A DNA stretch of 64,000 bases, taken from the NCBI GenBank assembly GCA_963783305.1, contig CAWAMW010000007.1:544001-608000 (forward strand). The letters run 5' to 3'. The position numbers and the translations under genes were made by a program. The notes under the pieces are model-generated. The model did not search any database, was not told the origin of the DNA, and saw only the letters and a program-made list of their open reading frames with translations. The DNA is from an uncultured Gemmatimonadales bacterium. Its GTDB lineage: Bacteria; Gemmatimonadota; Gemmatimonadetes; Longimicrobiales; RSA9. Positions 20,596 through 30,162 of the stretch are shown piece by piece (position 1 is the stretch's first letter; every line of letters starts with the position of its first letter).

Positions 20596-21777
20596 ATGGA
20601 CGCGAACGCGCTGATTTTCGACCCGTTCGCCGGGATCAGCGGGGACATGCTCCTCGGTGCCCTGGTGGACCTGGGCCTTCCCGCCGAGTGGCTGGAGGAG
20701 CTCGTGGCTTCGCTGGGCCTGTCCGCATCGGTGGTGGTGGAGCGGTCGGACCGGAGCGGAATCATGTGTAGTCGCGTACGGTTCGTGCTGCCGGAGGAGC
20801 GATCGCATCGTCACCTGGAGGATGTGGTGGCGATCGTGGAGGGCAGCGGGCTGAGCGAGTCGGTGGTGGCCCGGGCTTCCAGGGTGTTCCGGCGGATCGC
20901 GGAAGCGGAGGCGGCGGTCCACGGAGTGGCGGTGGAGCGTGTGCACTTCCACGAGGTGGGCGCACTGGACTCGATCCTGGACGTGCTGTGCGCGGTAGCC
21001 GGCCTCGAGCAGCTGGGCTACGATCCGTGCTTTACGCGGCCGGTGGCAGTGGGGAGCGGGACCGTGGAGATCGAGCACGGCCGGTATCCGCTGCCGGCGC
21101 CAGCGACTGCCCGGCTCCTCGAGGGGCTTCCGGTGCGGGAGACCGGGTATCCCGAGGAGTGCACGACTCCGACCGGCGCAGCGCTGCTGGCGGAGCTGAC
21201 GGGAGGTCGGCGGCCGCCGACAGAGGTGTTGTATGGCCGGAGCGGGTTTGGCGCCGGCACCCGGAATCCGGCAGGACGCCCGAACTGTCTGCGGCTGATC
21301 GAGTGCGTCATCGGGCCCGCATCCGCGGCGGAGCCGATCCACGAGCTGCACGCGGATATCGATGATCTGGCGCCGGAGTATGTGGCGTCGGCACGCGATG
21401 CGCTGTTGAAGGCGGGGGCGCTGGACATCGCGATGTCCAGGGTCGAGATGAAGAAGGGCCGCCTGGGCGTTCGGGTGGAGGCGCTGGTTGCGGCGTCGGC
21501 GCTGGACCGGGTGGTGGAGGCGCTGTTCAGGGCCACGACCACGATCGGGGTTCGCCACTGGCCGGTCGAGCGCGTGACGCTGGAGCGGACGGAGGAGACG
21601 GTGGAGTGGCGCGGCCACTCGATCCGTATGAAAGTTGTGCGGCTGCCCGGTGGAGCGCTGCGCCGGAAGCCTGAATTCGATGACGTCGCCGAGGCGGCGC
21701 GCGAGACGGGGCTCACGCCCTACGAGGTTCGGTTGGAACTGGACGCGAAGGGGCGTGGTACTGCCCCTGATCGGTAA
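20596..21777 (+). CDS. larC: Nickel pincer cofactor Ni-insertase LarC
   Basis: GISGDMLLGAL.DLG, VHFHEVGA.DSI.D, TPTGAA, MKKGR, TTIGVR, PEFDD. Confidence 0.92.
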   Translation: MDANALIFDPFAGISGDMLLGALVDLGLPAEWLEELVASLGLSASVVVERSDRSGIMCSRVRFVLPEERSHRHLEDVVAIVEGSGLSESVVARASRVFRRIAEAEAAVHGVAVERVHFHEVGALDSILDVLCAVAGLEQLGYDPCFTRPVAVGSGTVEIEHGRYPLPAPATARLLEGLPVRETGYPEECTTPTGAALLAELTGGRRPPTEVLYGRSGFGAGTRNPAGRPNCLRLIECVIGPASAAEPIHELHADIDDLAPEYVASARDALLKAGALDIAMSRVEMKKGRLGVRVEALVAASALDRVVEALFRATTTIGVRHWPVERVTLERTEETVEWRGHSIRMKVVRLPGGALRRKPEFDDVAEAARETGLTPYEVRLELDAKGRGTAPDR

Positions 21778-21799
21778 CAGACGAAAGAGAGGACGTTCC

Positions 21800-23303
21800 A
21801 TGAAGCAGGAAGTGAGTCCAATGAGTCAGGGCAAGACACTCATTCTGGCGCTGGCGGCGGCCGCACTGGCGGGCTGCGCCTCGGCGGGCGCGGGTCCGGT
21901 CGAGGACGCGACCGGTGTGCAGGAGACGGCGGCGACGCGCTCCGCAACGGTGCACCTGGTGCAGGCGGGGATGCAGGAAGGGGAGGCGGCTACCGCGGAG
22001 TACCAGGAGGCCCACACCGAGGCGATGCGGGCCATCGCGGAAACGCCGGAGAACCCGAAGGCATACCTGGTGGCCGGTCAGGCCGCCGTGGGGCTGCAGG
22101 ACTGGGTGCAGGCGGACACGATGTTCGACCGCGCGCTGTCGCTCAACCCGGGGTACAGCGACCAGATCGAGGCCGAGCGGGAAGCCGGCTGGGTGGTATC
22201 GTACAACCTGGGCGCCGAAGCGCTGAACGACGGTGACCTGGATCGTGCCGCGGAGATGTTCCAGGCGGCGGACCGTCTCTACCAGGGGCGACCGGAGGCG
22301 CGGATCGGACTGGGGTCCCTGTACGTCAACCAGGGTGACCAGGAAGCGGCGGCCGAGAGCTATCTCGGCGCGCTGGAGATCCTGCAGCAGGACGCGCCGG
22401 AGGGGCTCTCGGAGGAGCAGGTGGAGAGCTGGCGTCAGACGCGACAGATCGCCGCGCTGAACGCGGCCGAGCTGCTGGGACAGACGGGGCAGTTCACGAG
22501 GGCCGCCGACGTCCTGGAATCCTACATCCGCGACTACGGCTCCGACCTGGATCCGGCCACCACGCGCCGCGCCCGTACGGCGCTCGCCGGTTTTTACGCC
22601 CAGGCGGGGGAAGCGGAGAAGGCCGAGGCGCTGTACTCCGAGATCCTGGGGCAGGAGGATCTGACCGAGGACGAGTACTTCCAGGCCGCGGTGGGCTTCT
22701 TCAACACTGGCGACTTCGGGCGCGCGGCCGAGTCATTCCGGATGGCCGCCGAGATGAACCCGTACTCGCGGGACGCGCGTCTGAACCTGGTTCAGGCGCT
22801 CTACTCACAGGCGCTCGAGCTCGAGAAGGAAGAGGCCGCGCCGGAGCGGGACGCGCAGCTGACGGAGATCTATGAGGAGATCCAGGAGGTCGGCTCCGAC
22901 GTCCGCGAAGTCGACCCGCTGAACCGGAACCTCATGAGCTTCGTGCTGCGGTCGTTCCGGTCCCTGGCCGACATCGACCCGACGAGCGCCGCCCGCCTCA
23001 ACCAGCGGGCGCAGACCATGGTTCGGGAGTATCAGAACCAGCCGTTCGAGCTGTCGGATGTTCGGGTGGACATGATCAACGACACCGAGGCCCGCATCTC
23101 CGGCACGCTCACGAACCTGAACGCAACCGCCGGCTCGACCGGCACGGCTGCGTTTCGAGCTCGTGAACGCGCAGGGTGTGGTGGTGGGATCGACCACGAT
23201 CGAGGCCGCGGCGCCGGCCGCGGAGGAGAGCGTGTCCTTCACCGAGACGACGGCGGTGCAGGGCGGCGGGTTCGCCGGCTGGCGCTATCAGCTGGTGCAG
23301 TAG
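21800..23303 (+). CDS. TPR lipoprotein with C-terminal Ig-like (FxLYD-like) domain, 1-nt frameshift near 23141
   Basis: LAGC lipobox and TPR-like helices. Removing one base restores ..RLRFELVNAQGVVVGSTT..GWRYQLVQ-TAG, which ends just before a hairpin. Confidence 0.75.
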
Positions 23304-23334
23304 AGACCCGACACCAGCCGCTCGAAAGAGTGGA

Positions 23335-23373
23335 ACGAGGGGGGCGCGGACTGTCGGTCCGCGCCCCCCTCGT
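23335..23373. terminator. Perfect 17-bp hairpin, putative terminator
   Basis: ACGAGGGGGGCGCGGAC-TGTCG-GTCCGCGCCCCCCTCGT with only a weak U-tract. Confidence 0.7.
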
Positions 23374-23444
23374 GCTGTCTTCGGACGTGTATGGTTCTTG
23401 CACTCCTGCCCGGCGGCAGTCCATCCACCCCCGAAAGCGAACTC

Positions 23445-24053
23445 ATGACCGAATGCACGGAGTGCGGCGCGCGGATCGCCGAAGGGCACGCCAGCTGTCC
23501 CAGCTGCGGGAAAGACCTGCGGGAGAAGACGCGTCGCTGTGACCAGTGTGAGGAGACCATCGCGCACGACGCGGATACCTGTCCCGCCTGCGGTCACCTG
23601 GCCACGCCCGCCCGGTGCGACCGTCACCCCGACCGCGAGGCTCCCGGCCGTTGCGCGCTCTGCGGCACGGCGGTGTGCGAGGAATGCGACGCGGGCACGA
23701 AGATCTACCACAAGTGCGGTGAGCACGCGGACGTGAACGTCATCGAGGGGTGGGCGGAGGTCCTGGCGATCCCGGACGAGGTCGAGGCGCGGCTCATCGA
23801 GGAGAACCTGAGGGCGGAGGGGATCGAGTCGAGGATCCTGTCGCAGAAGGACCATTCGGCCTTCCCGGTGGAGTTCGGCGACCTGGCGCGGGTGCGGTTG
23901 CTCGTGCCCACATACGCCTACCAAGAGGCCGACCGGGTGCTGGCCGCGCACCGGGACGCGGTGGGCGAGGTGAGCTTCGGGTGCCCGAACTGCGGCGAAC
24001 CCTACGAAGAGTCGGAGTCGGTCTGCTCGCAGTGCGGCGAAGCGCTGGTCTGA
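23445..24053 (+). CDS. Multi-zinc-finger protein with DUF2007-like domain
   Basis: Four N-terminal CxxC, a B-box-like C..HP....RC..C...C..C, EA.LI...L.AEGI...VRLLVP, two C-terminal CxxC. Confidence 0.75.
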   Translation: MTECTECGARIAEGHASCPSCGKDLREKTRRCDQCEETIAHDADTCPACGHLATPARCDRHPDREAPGRCALCGTAVCEECDAGTKIYHKCGEHADVNVIEGWAEVLAIPDEVEARLIEENLRAEGIESRILSQKDHSAFPVEFGDLARVRLLVPTYAYQEADRVLAAHRDAVGEVSFGCPNCGEPYEESESVCSQCGEALV

Positions 24054-24208
24054 GGCGAAACCCGGGCGCTCCTGCAGGGTAGACGGAGTGGGGAGGGCGC
24101 GGTCCGCGGTTGAGGTCGACGAGCCCCGCCCGTATCTTTAGGGGCTATAGACGCTCGTATGTGCACGCGAGGGCGGTCTCCGGGCCGCCCTTCGTCATGA
24201 GGAAGAAC

Positions 24209-25477
24209 ATGGTCCGCATCGCGGAAATCCTGCCCGACAGTATCGCCGACGAGCTCCAGCTCAGGATCGGCAGCCGGATCGTCCGGATCAACGGCGATCC
24301 GGTGCGTGACGCCATCGATTTCCGGTTCATGGAGTCCGATGGTCTGCTGGAGATCGAGGTGCAGGACCCCGACGGCGCGGGGGTCCTCTACGACATCGAG
24401 AAGCCGGCGGGCGAAGCACTGGGCGTGGTCCCGGCGCCGGACGCGGTGCGGGAGTGCGCGAACAAGTGCGTCTTCTGCTTCATCGACGGTAATCCTGAGC
24501 ATGTGCGGCAGTCGCTGTACCTGCGCGATGATGATTTCCGCCTGTCGTTCACCTACGGCAGCTACGTCACGCTGACGAACCTGGGCCCGCGCGGGTTCCA
24601 GCGGCTCATCGACCAGAAGCTGTCCCCGCTGTACGTGAGTGTCCACGCGACAGAGCCGGAGGTCCGGATGCGGTTGCTGGGCGTGCCGCGGGGTGGAGAC
24701 ATCGTGGAAAAGCTGACGGAGCTGACGGAGGCGGGGATCGAGGTCCATACGCAGGTGGTGCTCTGTCCTGAATGGAACGACGGCGCGCATCTGGACCGGA
24801 CCCTGGACGACCTGTGGGCCCTCGGCCCGAACGTCCTCTCCATCTCGGTGGTGCCGGTGGGCCTCACGCGCTACAACCTGGAGCGGCCCGTGCGCCTCCT
24901 CCGGCCGGAGGAGGCGGGAGCGGCCATCGAGCAGGTGGAGGCGGGGCGGGAGCGGGCTTTCCGGGAGCGCGGAATTGGCTGGGCCTATGCCGGGGACGAA
25001 ATGTTCCTCGCCGCGGGTCGATCCGTGCCCGACCACGCCTACTACGACGACTGGCCGCTGACGGAGAACGGGGTGGGGTCGGTGCGGCAGTTCCTGACCG
25101 ACGCCGCCGCGGTGGAGGCGGACCCGCCGGAGCTGAAAGGTCGCCGGATCGCCATCGTGACGGGGGCGCGGATGGGTGAGGTCATGGCGCCGCTCGTGGC
25201 GCCGCTGTCGAGGGCGACCGGTGCGGAGCTTGTGCTGCTGGCGGTGGAGAACCGGCTGTTCGGCAGCAGCGTGACGACGGCCGGCCTGCTGGCGGGAGAG
25301 GACATGCGGGACGCGATCCTGGAAGCGGGGCCGTTCGACGGCGTCCTCATCCCGGCGGAGACGCTGAACGACGACCTGCTCTTCATCGACAGCCTTCCCT
25401 ATGACGATCTGGTGGCGGCGGTGGCCGCGCCGGTGGTACCGGCGCACGAGCTGTCGTCGGGGCTGGGATCGCTATGA
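24209..25477 (+). CDS. PDZ plus radical-SAM-like DUF512 protein
   Basis: CANKCVFCF, DDDFRLSF.YG.Y.TLTN, SVVPVGLT, ENGVG, AGLLAG.D. Confidence 0.88.
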   Translation: MVRIAEILPDSIADELQLRIGSRIVRINGDPVRDAIDFRFMESDGLLEIEVQDPDGAGVLYDIEKPAGEALGVVPAPDAVRECANKCVFCFIDGNPEHVRQSLYLRDDDFRLSFTYGSYVTLTNLGPRGFQRLIDQKLSPLYVSVHATEPEVRMRLLGVPRGGDIVEKLTELTEAGIEVHTQVVLCPEWNDGAHLDRTLDDLWALGPNVLSISVVPVGLTRYNLERPVRLLRPEEAGAAIEQVEAGRERAFRERGIGWAYAGDEMFLAAGRSVPDHAYYDDWPLTENGVGSVRQFLTDAAAVEADPPELKGRRIAIVTGARMGEVMAPLVAPLSRATGAELVLLAVENRLFGSSVTTAGLLAGEDMRDAILEAGPFDGVLIPAETLNDDLLFIDSLPYDDLVAAVAAPVVPAHELSSGLGSL

Positions 25478-26799
25478 GTCGCGCACTGCCATCGGTGGCC
25501 GTGGTGGGCCGGCCGAACGTGGGGAAGTCCACGCTCTTCAACCGCGTGATCGGCCGCAGGCTGGCGATCGTCGAGGATACGCCGGGCGTGACCCGGGACC
25601 GGAACTTTGCCCGCGGCGAATGGAACGGGCGCGAGTTCTACATCGTGGACACGGGCGGCCTCGAGCCGGACGTGGACGAGCCGATGGCTGCGGCGATCCG
25701 CCGCCAGGTCGAGGCGGCGCTGGCGGAAGCGGAGGTGATCGCGTTCGTCGTGGACACGCAGGCGGGCGTGCATCCGCTGGACCTCAAGATCGCCGGCATC
25801 CTGCGGAAGACGGACGTACCGGTCGTGCTGGTGGTGAACAAGGTGGACCGGCTGCCGGAGGACCTGAGCTACCTCGACTTCTGGGAGCTGGGACTGGGCG
25901 AGCCGCGCCCGGTGAGCGCGCTGTCCGGGAAGGGCTCCGGGGACGTGCTGGACGAGATCGTCTCGCTCCTCCCGGAATCGACGGAGGTTCCGGAAGAAAC
26001 GCTGTCGGTGGCGGTGATCGGAAAGCCGAACGTGGGCAAGTCGAGCTTCATCAACCGACTGCTGGGTGAGGAGCGACTGGTGGTGAGCGACACGGCCGGG
26101 ACCACCCGCGACGCCGTGGACACGCCCATGCGCTATCACGGCCGCAGCCTGATGTTCGTGGACACGGCCGGGCTGCGCCGGCAGAGCCAGATCCACGAGA
26201 GTCTGGAGTTCTACAGCGCGCTGCGGACCGAGCGGGCGGTGGAGCGGGCGGACGTGTGCCTGCTGCTGGTGGACGGCACGGAGCCGATCCACGTTCAGGA
26301 CCTGAAGATCGCGGAGAAGGCGTGGGACGCCGGCTGTGGTCTGGTGGTGGTGGTGAACAAGTGGGACCTGGTGGAGAAGGACACGATGACGGCGCCGGCG
26401 TTCGAACGGCAGCTGCGGGAGCGCGCGCCGTCGCTGCGGTGGGTGCCGGTGATCTTCACATCGGCCGTCAGCGGACAGCGGGTGCAGCGCACGCTGGAGG
26501 TGCTGCTGAAGGTGGCGGATGAGCGTGCCCGGCGCGTCCCCACGGCGGAGGTGAACGAGGTCATTGGGGAGCTGGCGGCCCGTCAGCCCCCGCCCCATTT
26601 TCGAGGGCACTCGCTCAAGATCTTCTACGCGACTCAGGGCGGGGTGAAGCCGCCGACGTTCGTGATCTTCGTGAACCAGCGCGAGGGCGTAACCGAGAAC
26701 TACCGCCGCTACCTCCATAACGGGTTCCGTGACCGGTGGGGGTTCATGGGCGTGCCGCTGAGGCTCAAATTCCGCAGCCGGGCCGAGGTGCGCAGGTGA
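25474..26799 (+). CDS. der: Ribosome biogenesis GTPase Der
   Basis: Two G domains: GRPNVGKS/DTGG/NKVD and GKPNVGKS/DTAG/NKWD. Confidence 0.96.
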   Translation: MSRALPSVAVVGRPNVGKSTLFNRVIGRRLAIVEDTPGVTRDRNFARGEWNGREFYIVDTGGLEPDVDEPMAAAIRRQVEAALAEAEVIAFVVDTQAGVHPLDLKIAGILRKTDVPVVLVVNKVDRLPEDLSYLDFWELGLGEPRPVSALSGKGSGDVLDEIVSLLPESTEVPEETLSVAVIGKPNVGKSSFINRLLGEERLVVSDTAGTTRDAVDTPMRYHGRSLMFVDTAGLRRQSQIHESLEFYSALRTERAVERADVCLLLVDGTEPIHVQDLKIAEKAWDAGCGLVVVVNKWDLVEKDTMTAPAFERQLRERAPSLRWVPVIFTSAVSGQRVQRTLEVLLKVADERARRVPTAEVNEVIGELAARQPPPHFRGHSLKIFYATQGGVKPPTFVIFVNQREGVTENYRRYLHNGFRDRWGFMGVPLRLKFRSRAEVRR

Positions 26800-27398
26800 C
26801 CTGGCTCTTCCTCGGTCTCTCCTACCTCCTCGGTTCCATCCCCACCAGCCATGTCGTGGGCCGGGTGGTCCACGGAGTGGACCTCAAGAAGCACGGCAGC
26901 GGGAACCTGGGTGCGACCAACACCTTCCGGGTCCTGGGGTGGCGGGCTGCGGTCCCGGTGATCCTGGTGGACGTGGCGAAGGGCTGGGTTCCCGCCGCCT
27001 TCTTCCCCATCTGGGACGGCACGGCCCCGCCGGAGTGGGCGCTGGCGTACGGGGCCGTCGCCATCCTGGGGCACGTCTTCAGCGTGTTCGTGGCCTTCCG
27101 GGGGGGGAAGGGCGTGGCCACGAGCGCGGGGGTCTTCATGGCGCTGGCCCCCTGGGCGGTTCTGATCGCGGCGCTGGTCTGGCTGGTGGTGGTCGTGCTC
27201 ACGCGGACCGTGTCGCTCGGCTCGCTTCTGGCAGCGGTAGTGCTGCCGCTGGCGGTGTACGCCACGGGAGAGCCGCGGATCGAGTTGTGGCTGTCGTTGG
27301 GGCTGGCGAGCTTCGTAATCTACGCCCACCGGAGCAACATCAGGCGACTGCTGAGGGGCGAAGAGAGCCGATTCACGCGGGTCAGGGAGAAGATCTAG
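26796..27398 (+). CDS. plsY: Glycerol-3-phosphate acyltransferase
   Basis: YLLGSIP, GSGNLGATN, GH, FRGGKGVAT, HRSNI.RL. Confidence 0.95.
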   Translation: MTWLFLGLSYLLGSIPTSHVVGRVVHGVDLKKHGSGNLGATNTFRVLGWRAAVPVILVDVAKGWVPAAFFPIWDGTAPPEWALAYGAVAILGHVFSVFVAFRGGKGVATSAGVFMALAPWAVLIAALVWLVVVVLTRTVSLGSLLAAVVLPLAVYATGEPRIELWLSLGLASFVIYAHRSNIRRLLRGEESRFTRVREKI

Positions 27399-28409
27399 AT
27401 GAGTGAGCGGATCGGGGTCGTAGGGGCGGGAAGCTGGGGCACGACGCTGGCGAACCTGCTGGCGCGCAACGGGAACGAGGTGGTTCTCTGGTCGTTCGAG
27501 GAGGACGTCACGGCCGCCATCGCGGACTCGGGTCAGAACAGCGTTTACCTCCCTGGCATCGACCTTTCGAAGAACCTCACGGCCACGTCCGATCTGGCCG
27601 TCGCGATGGGCGACAGCGACGTAATCCTGTCGGTGAGTCCATCGCAGCACGTCCGCGGCGTAATGAAGCAGGCGGCGCCGCATATTCGGGAGGACGCGCT
27701 GATCGTGAGCGCCTCGAAGGGCATCGAGACGCGGACGCTGGAGACGATGGCGGAAGTGCTGGAAGAGGCCCTCCCCCGGACCCGAGCCCGTCAGCACTGC
27801 TTCCTCTCCGGCCCGAGCTTCGCCGCCGAGGTAGCCCGGGATCACCCCACGGCGGTGACCGTGGCCAGCCGTGACTCCCAGGCGGCCAAGCGGGCGCAGG
27901 AGCTCTTCCAGGCCGATTACTTCCGGGTGTACACCAGCCACGACGTCACGGGCGTGGAGCTCGGGGGGGCGCTCAAGAACGTGATGGCGCTCGCCGCGGG
28001 CATGGTGGCGGGGCTTGGCTTCGGCCACAACACGATGGCCGCGCTCATCACCCGCGGACTGGCGGAGCTGACGCGTCTTTCGCTCGCCATGGGGGCGAGC
28101 GAGCGGACTCTGGCGGGGCTCTCCGGGATGGGCGACCTGATCCTGACCTGCACGGGCGACCTGAGCCGGAACCGTACGGTGGGCGTGGAGCTCGGGAAGG
28201 GCCGCACGCTGAACGAGGTGCTCGGCGAGATGCGGATGGTGGCGGAGGGCGTGGAAACCACACGGGCGACGCACGAGCTGGCGGGGCGCGAGGGGATCGA
28301 CATGCCGATCGTGGCACAGGTGCACGCGGTGCTGTTCGAGGAGCGGTCGCCGGCCGAGGCCGTGCGCACGCTCATGCTGCGGGAGCCGAAGCCGGAGTTC
28401 TGGGCGTGA
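27399..28409 (+). CDS. gpsA: NAD(P)H-dependent glycerol-3-phosphate dehydrogenase
   Basis: GAGSWGT, KGIE, LSGPSFA, GALKN, GDLILTC...SRN. Confidence 0.95.
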   Translation: MSERIGVVGAGSWGTTLANLLARNGNEVVLWSFEEDVTAAIADSGQNSVYLPGIDLSKNLTATSDLAVAMGDSDVILSVSPSQHVRGVMKQAAPHIREDALIVSASKGIETRTLETMAEVLEEALPRTRARQHCFLSGPSFAAEVARDHPTAVTVASRDSQAAKRAQELFQADYFRVYTSHDVTGVELGGALKNVMALAAGMVAGLGFGHNTMAALITRGLAELTRLSLAMGASERTLAGLSGMGDLILTCTGDLSRNRTVGVELGKGRTLNEVLGEMRMVAEGVETTRATHELAGREGIDMPIVAQVHAVLFEERSPAEAVRTLMLREPKPEFWA

Positions 28410-28771
28410 GCGACCGTCCGATCATCCGGAAGGAGTACTACTCCATCGGAGAGGTCTGCGATCTGGTGGACCTGAAGCCGCACGTTTTGCGGTACTGGGA
28501 GAGCCAGTTCCCGCCGCTCAAGCCCTCCAAGAACCGGGCGGGAAACCGCGTCTATCAGCGGAAGGAGATCCGGCTGATCATCCTGGTGAAGCGGCTGCTC
28601 TACCACGAGAAGTACACCATCGAAGGGGCGCGGCAGCAGGTCGAGGAGCTGCGGAAGGGCGACAATTTCGATGAGGAGACGCGCGAGACGCTGGACGAGG
28701 CCACGGTGGACGAGGCCCGTAGTGAGCTGCGGGCGATCCTGCGTCTTCTCGAGGGCGAGCCGGTGAGCTGA
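28406..28771 (+). CDS. MerR-family transcriptional regulator
   Basis: YYSIGEV...PHVLRYWE..F, R.Y, YTIEGA. Confidence 0.9.
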   Translation: MSDRPIIRKEYYSIGEVCDLVDLKPHVLRYWESQFPPLKPSKNRAGNRVYQRKEIRLIILVKRLLYHEKYTIEGARQQVEELRKGDNFDEETRETLDEATVDEARSELRAILRLLEGEPVS

Positions 28772-29517
28772 TGCGGATCCTCGTGACGAACGACGACGGC
28801 TACCTCGCCCCGGGGATCCGGGCGCTGGCGGAGGCCGCCGCTACGTTGGGCGACGTGCATGTGGTGGCGCCGGACCGGGAGCAGAGCGCCACCAGCCACT
28901 CGCTGACAATGCACCACCCGCTGCGGGTGCGTGCGGTGCGCGACGCGCAGGTGGTGGATGGCACGCCCACGGACTGCGTGGTCCTGGCGCTCGGCGAGCT
29001 CATGGACGCTCCGCCAGACATGGTCCTGTCCGGCATCAACCACGGCTCCAACCTGGGCGATGACGTCCTGTACTCGGGGACCGTGGCGGGGGCGATGGAG
29101 GCCACTCTGCTCGGGATCCCGGCGGTGGCCGTATCGTACGCGGGGCGCGACCCGGAAGAGATCGAGCCGTGGACGCCGACCGTGGCCCGGCTCCTGCGCC
29201 GGATCGTGGAGCGCGAGGGGTTTCCGGAGGAGACCCTCCTGAACGTCAATCTACCCCCGCTCCCGCCGGACCAGATGAAGGGAGTGCGGGTCACGCGCCT
29301 CGGTCGTCGAGCCTACGACAATTCGCTGACCCGGGCCCTCGACCCGAACGGCCGCGAGTATTTCTGGATCGGCGGAGGAGAGAGTCGGTGGTGGGGAGAT
29401 GACGACTCCGATTTCCGCGCGATCCGGGACGGCTACATTTCCGTGACCCCCCTCCACCTCGACCTGACGAATTTCGAGCTGCTGACCGAGATCAGAGACT
29501 GGGGGCTGGGCACATGA
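28771..29517 (+). CDS. surE: 5'/3'-nucleotidase SurE
   Basis: ILVTNDDG, GTPTDCV, SGINHG.N, YSGTVAGA, SVTPL. Confidence 0.95.
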   Translation: MRILVTNDDGYLAPGIRALAEAAATLGDVHVVAPDREQSATSHSLTMHHPLRVRAVRDAQVVDGTPTDCVVLALGELMDAPPDMVLSGINHGSNLGDDVLYSGTVAGAMEATLLGIPAVAVSYAGRDPEEIEPWTPTVARLLRRIVEREGFPEETLLNVNLPPLPPDQMKGVRVTRLGRRAYDNSLTRALDPNGREYFWIGGGESRWWGDDDSDFRAIRDGYISVTPLHLDLTNFELLTEIRDWGLGT

Positions 29518-30162
29518 GCGACCGGTATGAGCGCAAGCGACGTCGTCTCGTAGACCAGAATGCGGGAGAAGGGGATCGAGGATCCGCGCGTGCTGCAAGC
29601 CGTCCAGGCCGTTCCGCGGGACCGGTTCGTCCCGGAGTCGATCCGATCGAGGTCGTACGACGACTCGGCGCTGCCCATCGGCCACGGCCAGACCATCTCG
29701 CAGCCGTCCCTGCAGGCGCTCTACCTGCAGGTCCTCGAGGTGGGGCCGAACGACAAGGTGCTGGAGGTGGGAGCCGGCAGCGGGTACCAGACCGCGTTGC
29801 TGGCGGAGGTGGCGGCGAACGTCTACGCCGTCGAGCGGCTACCGGAGCTGACGCAGAGGGCGCGGGCGGTGCTGGACGAGCTCGGGTACCAGAACATTGC
29901 GCTGGTCACGAAGGACGGGACGACGGGGTGGTCCAGGTACGCGCCCTACGACGCGATCCTGGTCGCGGCCGCGTCGCCCGACGTGCCGGACGCGCTGGTG
30001 GATCAGCTCGCCCCCGGCGGTCGGCTGCTGATCCCCGTGGGGGACCGGGGCACACAGGAGCTGACGCTGGTCCAGAAGAACGAGGATGGCACCCTGGAAC
30101 GCCGCGGGATCACGCAGTGCGTGTTCGTCCCGCTCATCGGCCGGTTCGGGTGGTCCGAGTGA
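29514..30162 (+). CDS. pcm: Protein-L-isoaspartate O-methyltransferase, apparent 1-nt insertion near 29559
   Basis: VPR..FV, PIGHGQTISQP, LEVGAGSGYQ, APYDAI, FVPL. The first 15 codons (ATG 29514) are out of frame with the main ORF (ATG 29560). Confidence 0.9.
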
